Sequence record: NC_061450.1
DNA length: 64,000 nt
Reading direction: 5' to 3' (one strand)
The notes beneath the pieces are model-generated. The model saw nothing but the letters and a program-made list of their open reading frames with translations, had not been told where the DNA came from and did not search any database. How positions within the stretch are numbered: the stretch's first letter is position 1; every line of letters begins with the position of its first letter. Positions 28,971-37,163 of this stretch are shown in pieces. Made by a program: the position numbers and the translations under genes.

Positions 28971-29303
28971 ATGTCGCAGGATAAAGGTATCCCGTTCATT
29001 CCGTTCAAATCGTTCGAACCAATCGAGCGTCCTTACGGAGCACGATTCTCAAAGACAAGTCACATGCGGGAACTGTTGGTTACCATTGGACAAACAGAAC
29101 AGGTGTTTGAGTTTTCCACTATCGAAATGCAGAGACTGGACGCACCCAGCCTGTTCTACTCTGCATACGATCAACAGGGCCCCATTTTGATCAAGCGCAT
29201 CGCCGTGTTGGGTCTCAAACATCGTGTGTACTTCGAACGTCAGGCTGGCGCGTTTGCGAAAGTCAGAGCTTATTGGGATGTGGTGGACGTGTACTATAAC
29301 TAA
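28971..29303 (+). CDS. hypothetical protein
   Basis: RBS CAGGAGG. Confidence 0.6.
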   Translation: MSQDKGIPFIPFKSFEPIERPYGARFSKTSHMRELLVTIGQTEQVFEFSTIEMQRLDAPSLFYSAYDQQGPILIKRIAVLGLKHRVYFERQAGAFAKVRAYWDVVDVYYN

Positions 29304-29305
29304 AA

Positions 29306-29314
29306 CTGTAAATC
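29306..29314 (+). promoter_or_regulatory. CTGTAAATC putative phage promoter upstream of ParB-methyltransferase pair
   Basis: 8/9 match to motif, intergenic. Confidence 0.5.
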
Positions 29315-29349
29315 TAGATCAGAGATTGGTCTAGCAAAGAGAGTAAGGT

Positions 29350-30042
29350 ATGGCACTGAGTAAGGTCAAAAAAGTAAAAGCTAAAAGCAAAGATCGTGGC
29401 GAACTGGCGGTGTCGTTAAAAGATCTGAAACACGTTAAGCAGTTGCGCAGCGCTGGCTACAACCCACGTATGATTACAGACCGTCGTCTGGCAGACCTTG
29501 AAAAGTCTATCGCATCGTTTGGTGACCTGAGTGGCGTTGTGTTTAACAACAGCGTGAAAAGTGGTGTGCTTGTATCAGGCCACCAGCGTCTTAGCTCTAT
29601 CAAGGGTTGGAAGACGCGTGTTCAGGTTGATGCAGCAACTGATGACCACGGCACTGTGGGTGTAGGCTACATCTTTGCTGAAAGCCCTAAAGGCAAGCAG
29701 GTGCAGATTCCACTGCGTGTGGTAAACTGGTCAGATCGTCGTGCTGAGTATGCAGCAAACATTGCAGCCAACGCACACGGCGGTGAGTTCGATAACAAAA
29801 AGCTGGCTCAGTTGGTTGAGAAGTTGGACATGACCAAGATCCCAGCAGAGATTGTTGGTCTGGACCCTTTGATGCTGCGTGGTCTTAAACAGCGTCTCGC
29901 CAAACAGGGTGAAGATCTTGGCAAGCCGACGCGTACTAACGGCACACAAAACGGCGCCAGTGGTCAGTTCAATGAGGCAACGGTTGATGACATTGAATCA
30001 GATACCGTACACAAATGCCCGCGCTGTAACTTTAAGTTCTAA
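29350..30042 (+). CDS. ParB/Srx-like N-terminal domain protein with C-terminal zinc ribbon
   Basis: YNPRMI, LEKSIASFG, VLVSGHQRL, C-terminal HKCPRCNFKF. Confidence 0.8.
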   Translation: MALSKVKKVKAKSKDRGELAVSLKDLKHVKQLRSAGYNPRMITDRRLADLEKSIASFGDLSGVVFNNSVKSGVLVSGHQRLSSIKGWKTRVQVDAATDDHGTVGVGYIFAESPKGKQVQIPLRVVNWSDRRAEYAANIAANAHGGEFDNKKLAQLVEKLDMTKIPAEIVGLDPLMLRGLKQRLAKQGEDLGKPTRTNGTQNGASGQFNEATVDDIESDTVHKCPRCNFKF

Positions 30043-30051
30043 GGAACAGAT

Positions 30052-32157
30052 ATGCTGATCAAACCACCAAAGATGAAAGAGATTAATGACCTGCCGAAGT
30101 TGTGGTCAGGCATGAGTTTCTTTGCAGGCTGCGGTGGTTCCAGCACGGGTCACAAAATGAGTGGTGTCGATATTCTCGTTTCGAATGAGTTTATCGACAT
30201 TGCTCGTGAGACTTACGCTGCGAACCATCCGACGACCAAAGTTCTTGGGCAGGACATTCGTCGTCTTAGTCCAGATAAAATTCTGAAATACTGCGGGCTG
30301 GCAAAAGGTGAGTTGGACTTGCTTGATGGCAGCCCTCCGTGTTTCCTGCGCGATACCCTGATTCATACTCAGCACGGTATGCGCTACATTGATTCGATTG
30401 AAACAGGCGACATGGTAATGACCCACGAAGGTCGTTATCGTCCTGTTGTTCAACCCATGCGCCGCCCATACAGCGGTCCTCTGCATCGTATTCAGTCCAC
30501 AATCGGACAGAACCACGCAACGCCTGAGCATCCTTTCTATGTCAGACGTTTGGTAAACGGTGTATTGAGTGAAGCACAGTGGGTTGACGCTCGTGAGGTT
30601 CGTGCTGGCGACAAAGTTGCTACGCCTATTGCCACGCCGCGTTGTAGCTATGAGCCTGACATTGCTGCCTTGCGCAAGTGGGGAGAAATCCCAGAGTTCT
30701 GGTGGCTGTGCGGTCATTGGGTGTCTAACGGTTTCATCGAAGCTGTTGGCGGCTATGAGGGCATTCGCTTTATCACGCCAAGCAACGGACGTGTTAACCA
30801 GCTCATGGAACAGGCTCTTGAAACTCTGGGCTTCAACACAATTCAGGTTGCCAAGCAAAACACCAGATACATCGAACGCTTTATGCTGGACGATGACCTG
30901 TGTCAGTTCCTCAAGTTGTTCCTGACTGATAACGAAATGGCGCGTCAGATTCAAGGCTGTGTGTTCCACCTTGATATGTACCTCAAGCGTGAGTTTATCT
31001 ACGGCTTTATGTCGCGTTGCTCAGCCACAAGCTACGGCAAAGCGCTGGTGGTTCAAACTCGCACTGAACGCTTTATGACAGGCATGAAATACCTTATTGC
31101 CTCTGCGTTCGGCAGTCCCCTGTTCGACTTGAGTCCCAACGTTACAACGGAAGAGATTCCAGAGAACTGCTTTACGTTCCGCCGCGATCATCCGTTCTAT
31201 CCAAAAGTTCGTTACACTGCGGTGTTCTATCTGGATGACACTCATCGCGGTTATATCGATGATGAGTCTGCCCACGTGTGGGTTGACGTGTTGGCCAACG
31301 AAGTGTCCGAAGTTGATACAGAGGTGTTTAACTTCTCAGTTGATACGGACGAGACGTACATTGCCAACAACACTGTGGTGCACAACTGCAAAGGCTTTTC
31401 TACTGCAGGTGTGAAGGAAGATGGCTGGGGCAAAGAGGTCAAGTACAGCGACAACGTTTATCAGCAGGTTGATGACCTGTTTGATGAGTTCTGCCGTATG
31501 CTGGGTGGCATGATGCCCAAGGTGTTCACAGCGGAGAATGTTAGCGGTCTGACTAAAGGCATGTCGAAAGGGTACTTCCTGGAAATCATGGCAACGTTTG
31601 ATGCGCTTGGCTATCATGTTCGTGCACCAATGTTGAACAGTAGCTGGCTGGGTGTTCCGCAATCGCGTGAGCGTATCATCTTTATGGGTGTGCGCAAAGA
31701 CATTGCCAAGAAACTCAAACTGCCGGCAAACAGCACCTGTGTGCCAAGTGTTATTCCGCACAAAACACAGACCATGCTGGCAGATGCACTGCCTCACATT
31801 GCAGCCTACAAGTCCACGCAACAGGATTTGATCAAGTACAAGCCTGCAATGAACGGACCCATGCCGACCATCACAGCGGCTGATGCTATTGCCTATGAAA
31901 CAGCGCGGTTCTCATCTGCTGGGTTTATTGAACTGCTTGATGGTACCCGACGCAAGCTGACCATCAATGAACTGCTGGTGGTTAGTGGCATGCCAAGTGA
32001 TTACAAGCTGCTTGGCAAGTTTGAAGAACAATGGGAACGTCTTGGTCGTGTGTGCGTGCCAGCAATGACGCACAACGCATCAAAGGTTTTGATTGAGCAC
32101 ATCTTGATCCCTTACTGCAATGCGATGAAGAAGCGGCCTGGAGAGATTTTCCGATAG
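30052..32157 (+). CDS. C5-cytosine DNA methyltransferase homologue, predicted carboxymethyltransferase (CmoX-like), intein-containing
   Basis: Motifs FAGCGG, GSPP|C, ENV, PQSRER, RKLTINE; motif X reads ERLGRVCVP instead of Q.GNSV.P; spliced length 352 aa. Confidence 0.85.
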   Translation: MLIKPPKMKEINDLPKLWSGMSFFAGCGGSSTGHKMSGVDILVSNEFIDIARETYAANHPTTKVLGQDIRRLSPDKILKYCGLAKGELDLLDGSPPCFLRDTLIHTQHGMRYIDSIETGDMVMTHEGRYRPVVQPMRRPYSGPLHRIQSTIGQNHATPEHPFYVRRLVNGVLSEAQWVDAREVRAGDKVATPIATPRCSYEPDIAALRKWGEIPEFWWLCGHWVSNGFIEAVGGYEGIRFITPSNGRVNQLMEQALETLGFNTIQVAKQNTRYIERFMLDDDLCQFLKLFLTDNEMARQIQGCVFHLDMYLKREFIYGFMSRCSATSYGKALVVQTRTERFMTGMKYLIASAFGSPLFDLSPNVTTEEIPENCFTFRRDHPFYPKVRYTAVFYLDDTHRGYIDDESAHVWVDVLANEVSEVDTEVFNFSVDTDETYIANNTVVHNCKGFSTAGVKEDGWGKEVKYSDNVYQQVDDLFDEFCRMLGGMMPKVFTAENVSGLTKGMSKGYFLEIMATFDALGYHVRAPMLNSSWLGVPQSRERIIFMGVRKDIAKKLKLPANSTCVPSVIPHKTQTMLADALPHIAAYKSTQQDLIKYKPAMNGPMPTITAADAIAYETARFSSAGFIELLDGTRRKLTINELLVVSGMPSDYKLLGKFEEQWERLGRVCVPAMTHNASKVLIEHILIPYCNAMKKRPGEIFR
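30340..31386 (+). mobile_element. intein (349 aa) with LAGLIDADG-type endonuclease remnant
   Basis: Begins CFLRDT, block B ATPEHPFY, WLCGHWVSNG and FIYGFMSRCS remnants, ends VVHN before Cys. Confidence 0.92.
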
Positions 32158-32167
32158 GAGAACAGCA

Positions 32168-32335
32168 ATGGCAGAGATTCAAACGTTCTTTTTCAACAAC
32201 CCACTAGCTTTGTTGTTGGTGGGTGTGATTGCTGGTTTCCTTGCGGGATGTTGGTATGGACATACTCGTACCTTGAAACTTTTTCTCGAACGCTTTGATG
32301 AGAGCATTCGTAAGGGTGAGATTCAAGTCAAATAA
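32168..32335 (+). CDS. small membrane protein (55 aa, not in ORF track)
   Basis: Hand-translated MAEIQTFFFNNPLALLLVGVIAGFLAG...; RBS AGGAG. Confidence 0.6.
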   Translation: MAEIQTFFFNNPLALLLVGVIAGFLAGCWYGHTRTLKLFLERFDESIRKGEIQVK

Positions 32336-32344
32336 GGAATGTGT

Positions 32345-32446
32345 ATGCAATGGCTTTGGTTCATTGCCGGAATAGGAGTGGGCGTCGTTGTGACGCTCCT
32401 CTTTCTCTGGTTTAGTTTCTTCCGTAAGTTAAAAGTATTTCGCTAA
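32345..32446 (+). CDS. small membrane protein (33 aa, not in ORF track)
   Basis: MQWLWFIAGIGVGVVVTLLFLWFSFFRKLKVFR; RBS AAGGA. Confidence 0.55.
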   Translation: MQWLWFIAGIGVGVVVTLLFLWFSFFRKLKVFR

Positions 32447-32455
32447 GGAGACACG

Positions 32456-33010
32456 GTGGCTCAATATAAAATAACGCGTGAAGTCAACCTGATTTATGTT
32501 GCTCAGGGACGTTTGCAGGTAGGACAGTTTCGCTTTATTCTTGCAGGCGATTCAGACCGTGCCTTGTATAACGCATGGCAGGGCATTGCACACGAAGTTG
32601 TGGGCAGCATCCTGTGTTGCTCTGACAACATGCGTGACGCACCTGCTGGTGTAAGCAATCCGTCTGTTGTGCTCGACAACTACAAGCACATCGCACAGGG
32701 CATAGAGAAATACTATGAAAAACCTGATCGTGAACTGAGTGTGCATCCCATCAATGTCAAGTCCGATCAAGCCAGCCTGCTGTGGTTTGTTAACGGTCGT
32801 GTCAACGGCAGCATTCTGTCAACTGACCGTCGCGCTCTCTTTGGCAAAAGCCTGTATGTCTCTGCCACGCAGGTAGAAACCACCAGCGAAGATGTGGTTC
32901 ATGTTCCTATGGACCCAGAGAATGACGTTGATGATCGTCACTTCGGCGATGACTGGTACTCGCTGCATGAAGGCCCAGGCGCTTCGATTGTGGTAATGCA
33001 GGAGAAGTAA
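32456..33010 (+). CDS. hypothetical protein
   Basis: GTG start, RBS AAGGAG. Confidence 0.6.
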   Translation: MAQYKITREVNLIYVAQGRLQVGQFRFILAGDSDRALYNAWQGIAHEVVGSILCCSDNMRDAPAGVSNPSVVLDNYKHIAQGIEKYYEKPDRELSVHPINVKSDQASLLWFVNGRVNGSILSTDRRALFGKSLYVSATQVETTSEDVVHVPMDPENDVDDRHFGDDWYSLHEGPGASIVVMQEK

Positions 33011-33012
33011 CC

Positions 33013-33369
33013 ATGCTGGAACAGGTTGCGGTCAATACCCACATTGAAACAGTTGAGCGGTGTGCGTTGCTGTATACTGACGGATATATCCGCTGCATAC
33101 GTGCAAACAACACTGTGGACCAATGGCTGTTTCATGTGTCAGAAATACGCCGACTTGAAATTCAACGCAATCCTGTAGGTCATCTGCGCATTCGCCTTAT
33201 ACTCATGGGTGGATGTGAGGAGTTTTTCACGCCTACAGTAGACAAGTCGGAACATGAGAATATTGTGCTGATAGCGATATCTCTCCTTGCGCTGCGGGAC
33301 TATGAGCTGGCTTTAGACGAGCAGACATATTCTGAACGCACGTTTGACGTAATTGAACGCGAGTTTTAA
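33013..33369 (+). CDS. hypothetical protein
   Basis: RBS CAGGAG. Confidence 0.55.
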   Translation: MLEQVAVNTHIETVERCALLYTDGYIRCIRANNTVDQWLFHVSEIRRLEIQRNPVGHLRIRLILMGGCEEFFTPTVDKSEHENIVLIAISLLALRDYELALDEQTYSERTFDVIEREF

Positions 33370-33370
33370 T

Positions 33371-33379
33371 CTGTAAATA
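33371..33379 (+). promoter_or_regulatory. CTGTAAATA putative phage promoter
   Basis: Intergenic, about 24 nt before ATG 33404. Confidence 0.6.
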
Positions 33380-33403
33380 GTGGTTATACTCAGGGAGAAT
33401 GCT

Positions 33404-33751
33404 ATGACCACTATCATCCACGACTGTCGTACTCCGGAAGTCCAGACATACGAAATAGACTTCAAGCATCTTGACCAGCTTGGCCACAAGCAAGCCACCA
33501 GATTGGAAGCACTGCTGACCTCAGGCGGTGTTGAAGCCTTGATTATGCGAGGTATACACAGGGACTATGTGGCTTATGTGTATGCTGATGTTACGGCAAT
33601 GAGAAAGGCCACAAAGAAGGAGCCGTTCATTGAATCGGCCCTCGAACAAAACCATGAGAACTTTTCACGGTATTTAAACGTAGTATTGACAGGCACAAAA
33701 GAAGTCCATCTGGTCATTGACCGGTTCGGCGGAAAATTCTATGCAACCTGA
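33404..33751 (+). CDS. hypothetical protein
   Basis: ATG 33404 with GGAG RBS. Confidence 0.6.
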   Translation: MTTIIHDCRTPEVQTYEIDFKHLDQLGHKQATRLEALLTSGGVEALIMRGIHRDYVAYVYADVTAMRKATKKEPFIESALEQNHENFSRYLNVVLTGTKEVHLVIDRFGGKFYAT

Positions 33752-33950
33752 CGTGCTTCACATTAACCTTATTGGATTTCTCTCGTTGTTTGGACTAGAG
33801 CAATCCATTGCTGTTTGTCTCTTGTACTATCTTATCACAGGTATATTGATTGGCACCGTTGTTGGTTTGGTTGCCTATGCCTGCATACTACTGTACGCAG
33901 TTTATTTCAAGCTGCCTACCAAGATTAAACGTGGTAAGTTTGGGGAATAG
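33741..33950 (+). CDS. small membrane protein
   Basis: Hydrophobic core, basic C-terminus. Confidence 0.5.
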   Translation: MQPDVLHINLIGFLSLFGLEQSIAVCLLYYLITGILIGTVVGLVAYACILLYAVYFKLPTKIKRGKFGE

Positions 33951-33954
33951 TAAG

Positions 33955-34089
33955 ATGTTTGATTGGGTACTTGCCGCGAAGATACTTCTGGCGTTGTCTG
34001 CTTTCTTGTCTATCGGCTCTGTTGGAGTTTGGTATTGTCTGGGAAGCAACTCGTTGGTAGAAAAGCTACTCGAACGCAACACCGAGTAG
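33955..34089 (+). CDS. small membrane protein (44 aa)
   Basis: MFDWVLAAKILLALSAFLSIGSVGVWY... Confidence 0.45.
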   Translation: MFDWVLAAKILLALSAFLSIGSVGVWYCLGSNSLVEKLLERNTE

Positions 34090-34141
34090 TCCCTTGAATA
34101 GTGTGAGGCACAGACGTGACCCCACCTAATGGAGAATAACC

Positions 34142-34840
34142 ATGACTAAGCAACATTCGAATTTTAGTTCCGCATTTGCACTCAATGAGCACGCAGAGAT
34201 TCGCCTTGATCGTTTTGGTCAAGACAAGTTTCCTGTCGCCCGTGTTGATGGTATCATGCTGTACGGTGACCTGACAATGTATCGTCTGTCGCTGTTTGTT
34301 AACGATGGTCCTACGCATGACCCACATCCGTTCCTGCATCAGGGTCGTCCAATTGATGGCTTTCGTGAAGATGACCTCCTGCCTTTCGAGGGTGTCATGT
34401 ATCACGGCCAGGAGTACAGCAGCCGTCCTGATGTGAATCAGAACATTGCTGGCGCCAAGTATCAAATGGGTGACTTGGTTCAGATTGCAATCCACACGCA
34501 GCCTGAACAGACTGACTTCCACAACATCCCCGTGCTTATCACCAGCGTGGGCTACGAACCCGGCAAAGTTGTTTACGGTGTAAGCATTGACCGTGCAGAG
34601 TATCGCAACACCAAAGCGTGGGATGACGTGTATGAAGGCCGTTATATGCGGGATGACCTTCAGGGCATTGACAGTGTGCTTGTTCAGCCTGTTGGTGGTT
34701 GGTCTACATACTATCAGCTCGAAAGCACCACCAGTGGACGCGTCGATGTATATGGTGAGGATGAAATCGGTCAGGCAAATGTGTCAAACACGCCAAAGTC
34801 AGATTCAGATAAAGACGACGGCGTTGGCTATATGTGCTAG
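34142..34840 (+). CDS. hypothetical protein with two similar beta-rich segments
   Basis: RBS GGAG; internal similarity by eye. Confidence 0.6.
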   Translation: MTKQHSNFSSAFALNEHAEIRLDRFGQDKFPVARVDGIMLYGDLTMYRLSLFVNDGPTHDPHPFLHQGRPIDGFREDDLLPFEGVMYHGQEYSSRPDVNQNIAGAKYQMGDLVQIAIHTQPEQTDFHNIPVLITSVGYEPGKVVYGVSIDRAEYRNTKAWDDVYEGRYMRDDLQGIDSVLVQPVGGWSTYYQLESTTSGRVDVYGEDEIGQANVSNTPKSDSDKDDGVGYMC

Positions 34841-34849
34841 TTAATTTTA

Positions 34850-34880
34850 AGGGTGGCCTCAGGGCTGCCCTTTTCTTTTT
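34850..34880 (+). terminator. intrinsic terminator
   Basis: AGGGTGGCC-TCAG-GGCTGCCCT then long T-run. Confidence 0.75.
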
Positions 34881-34894
34881 CCTCTGCGGAAAAA

Positions 34895-34903
34895 CTGTAA
34901 ATA
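34895..34903 (+). promoter_or_regulatory. CTGTAAATA putative phage promoter
   Basis: Follows terminator, about 28 nt before ATG 34932. Confidence 0.6.
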
Positions 34904-34931
34904 TATGATGTAGCACAAAGAGGAATTAATC

Positions 34932-35111
34932 ATGAACAAGTTTATCATGTCCATTGCTATAGCCGTAATCGCAGTTGCTGTAGGCTTTGTTATAGCATCC
35001 CTGACCAAGAACGTTAATTGGGGTATGCTTACCACTGCCTTTGTATTTGTTGGTTACATCATGTTTGCCATAATTCACGGCAGACGCACAAAACGCCTGA
35101 AGGTGAAATAA
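34932..35111 (+). CDS. small two-TM membrane protein (59 aa, not in ORF track)
   Basis: Hand-translated MNKFIMSIAIAVIAVAVGFVIA...RRTKRLKVK; RBS AGAGG. Confidence 0.6.
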   Translation: MNKFIMSIAIAVIAVAVGFVIASLTKNVNWGMLTTAFVFVGYIMFAIIHGRRTKRLKVK

Positions 35112-35116
35112 ATAAG

Positions 35117-35335
35117 ATGGGACGAATAGCCATTACGTGGTTATGCTTTGCAGTGTATGTTGCCCTCGCCTATAGCTTTAGCTTTTGGTTTGGTTACTTT
35201 GTATTTGATGCGTCCCAGAACGTCTGGAAGGCAGTTGGGTGGAATGCTGGACTGTTTTCTGCATTCCTCTGTCTCTGGTTTATCGTGCGTGCATTGCGCA
35301 AGAGGAAAAATAATGTCAGAACAAACCAAGCGTGA
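35117..35335 (+). CDS. small two-TM membrane protein
   Basis: MGRIAITWLCFAVYVALAY...RALRKRK. Confidence 0.55.
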   Translation: MGRIAITWLCFAVYVALAYSFSFWFGYFVFDASQNVWKAVGWNAGLFSAFLCLWFIVRALRKRKNNVRTNQA

Positions 35336-35468
35336 CGCAGAACGCGCAAGAGAAATGCAGGAAGAACTTGAAGAAAGTTGTGAAATGCCCGAAGACTGTC
35401 CCGTGTGCGATGAGGAACTTGAGGGCGATAACTGGTGTGAAACCTGTGGAGAGTTCCGCTCAGAATGA
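35313..35468 (+). CDS. small acidic zinc-ribbon protein
   Basis: CPVC...CETC; RBS GAGG. Confidence 0.6.
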   Translation: MSEQTKRDAERAREMQEELEESCEMPEDCPVCDEELEGDNWCETCGEFRSE

Positions 35469-36004
35469 AACGCACTCAAAACATCCAGCTTGATCGCTTT
35501 CGCAAAGTCCGTCGCGTAACTTTGTGCCTTGCCGTGCCTCTTGTGTTGTCTGCCTGTGATGGACGTCGAGAAGAACCTTTCTCAACTATCTCGCAGTGTC
35601 AGCAACAATACAACTACACGGCACAGCACTGTCGCCAGATCTATGGTCAGGCAATTGACAGTGCGAAGATCAACGGGCGTGCTTACATGACACGCGAAGA
35701 ATGTATTCGCGATAATCGTGACGACCCAAGAGCACAACAGCAGTGTCAGTACACGACACACGGCAGTTCGGCTCATTTCTTTTACGTGCCACGCTATTAC
35801 TCTTATTCTCCAGGTGGCTACGCACAGCCTTTTTATCGTAGTGGTAGCAGCTCCAGTTCAAACTTCCGTTCGGCGCAGGGTAAATCCTATGAAGCTAAGT
35901 TTGGTGGGCGTACCTACACAAAAACAACAACCCGTGGTGGATTTGGTTCAACTCCAACAGCCCACGTCTCTCGCACAAGCTCCGCTCGTAGCTTTGGAGG
36001 TTAA
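35465..36004 (+). CDS. ygiB: DUF1190 / YgiB-like lipoprotein
   Basis: MKRT start, lipobox LSAC, spaced Cys pairs, Y.TREEC, C-terminal TTRGGFG...RSFGG as in E. coli YgiB. Confidence 0.8.
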   Translation: MKRTQNIQLDRFRKVRRVTLCLAVPLVLSACDGRREEPFSTISQCQQQYNYTAQHCRQIYGQAIDSAKINGRAYMTREECIRDNRDDPRAQQQCQYTTHGSSAHFFYVPRYYSYSPGGYAQPFYRSGSSSSSNFRSAQGKSYEAKFGGRTYTKTTTRGGFGSTPTAHVSRTSSARSFGG

Positions 36005-36517
36005 ATGGATTTCAACGATGATGTACGACAGGTTGCTATCGACAGCGACCTGTATAATGCCTTGCGCGTGCTTGCATTCCAAGGCGCCGAGACAGAAGAA
36101 CAAAAACAGTGTCTTGCACAGATTGATCGTCATGCCATAAAGTTCAATGCCCGACTGCGCATCGAGCGTGACGCCGTACGCCATGAGCTTGCACAATCCA
36201 CCAGCAAGATCATTGCCATGGAACGTCGTGCTCACACCATGTCCAGCAATCGTGAAAAGCATACGCTGTACGTCAAGACATTCTCAGGCCGTTGGATTCC
36301 ATGTCGTGTTGTGGGCATGGACGGCCTCAATCCATACATGCTGGATGTGGAACTACTTACAACTGTGGGCGACCACAAAGAACATTGGCGTCTTCCCTCA
36401 GACAAGATCTTTTACGCAGATGAAATGCTGGACGTAGTTGCGCAGGAAGAGCCTGCCAATGAAATCCGCCGCTATCAGAATATGGTGAGGGAATACAGTG
36501 TCAAAAGTAACGTATAA
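36005..36517 (+). CDS. hypothetical protein
   Basis: RBS GGAGG. Confidence 0.6.
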   Translation: MDFNDDVRQVAIDSDLYNALRVLAFQGAETEEQKQCLAQIDRHAIKFNARLRIERDAVRHELAQSTSKIIAMERRAHTMSSNREKHTLYVKTFSGRWIPCRVVGMDGLNPYMLDVELLTTVGDHKEHWRLPSDKIFYADEMLDVVAQEEPANEIRRYQNMVREYSVKSNV

Positions 36518-36818
36518 GTACGAACTGCGTGATACCTTGTGGCAGGCTGTGCAGATCAAAGTACGCAGCCGCACGGTTAGTGCTATGTGCGCACGCATGG
36601 TTGAAGTTGGTCGGCGTGATGTTGAAGCGATTGGACATGATGGTGGCGTTGTTTGGCAGTACGCAGACACCCGCGAACTGGTAGATGCCGAAGGTACAGC
36701 CGAACTAAATCGACTGATACGAGAACTCCACAAGAGACCGCAAGATGAAAGCGATATCGATAAAGCAGCCATGGGCGTACCTGCTGGCGAATGGCATAAA
36801 GACGGTAGAAAATCGTAG
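36498..36818 (+). CDS. hypothetical protein
   Basis: GTG start, RBS GAGG. Confidence 0.5.
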   Translation: MSKVTYKYELRDTLWQAVQIKVRSRTVSAMCARMVEVGRRDVEAIGHDGGVVWQYADTRELVDAEGTAELNRLIRELHKRPQDESDIDKAAMGVPAGEWHKDGRKS

Positions 36819-37146
36819 CTGGAACACAAAGTTTCGCGGTCAAGTATTTATTCATGCTGGCCAAAGCGTTGATAAAGAAGGCTATGTTGTTGCCAAGAAG
36901 ATCTGCGACAAGCTGGGCGTCCATCTGCCTCACTACATCGAAATGCCTACAGGCGGGCTGGTGGGTGTGATGACAATTGTTGATGTAGTGGACAAGCGTC
37001 CGCGTGACCCATTCTTCTTTGGCCCAAAAGGCTTTGTTGTTGAAGATGCCCATCCAATTGACTTTGTGCAGATGCCTGGGCGTCTCAGCTTGTTTGAATC
37101 AGGCTACAAGTTAACGCCGAAAGGCAAAGTTCGACCAATCAAATAA
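36745..37146 (+). CDS. ASCH domain protein
   Basis: ISIKQPWA, GIKTVENRSW, RGQVFIHA. Confidence 0.85.
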   Translation: MKAISIKQPWAYLLANGIKTVENRSWNTKFRGQVFIHAGQSVDKEGYVVAKKICDKLGVHLPHYIEMPTGGLVGVMTIVDVVDKRPRDPFFFGPKGFVVEDAHPIDFVQMPGRLSLFESGYKLTPKGKVRPIK

Positions 37147-37163
37147 AACCCACTGAGGTAGAT

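Noticed and set aside
30106-30969. 287-aa - strand ORF inside the MTase/intein
   Set aside because: Antisense shadow; the + frame holds all MTase and intein motifs
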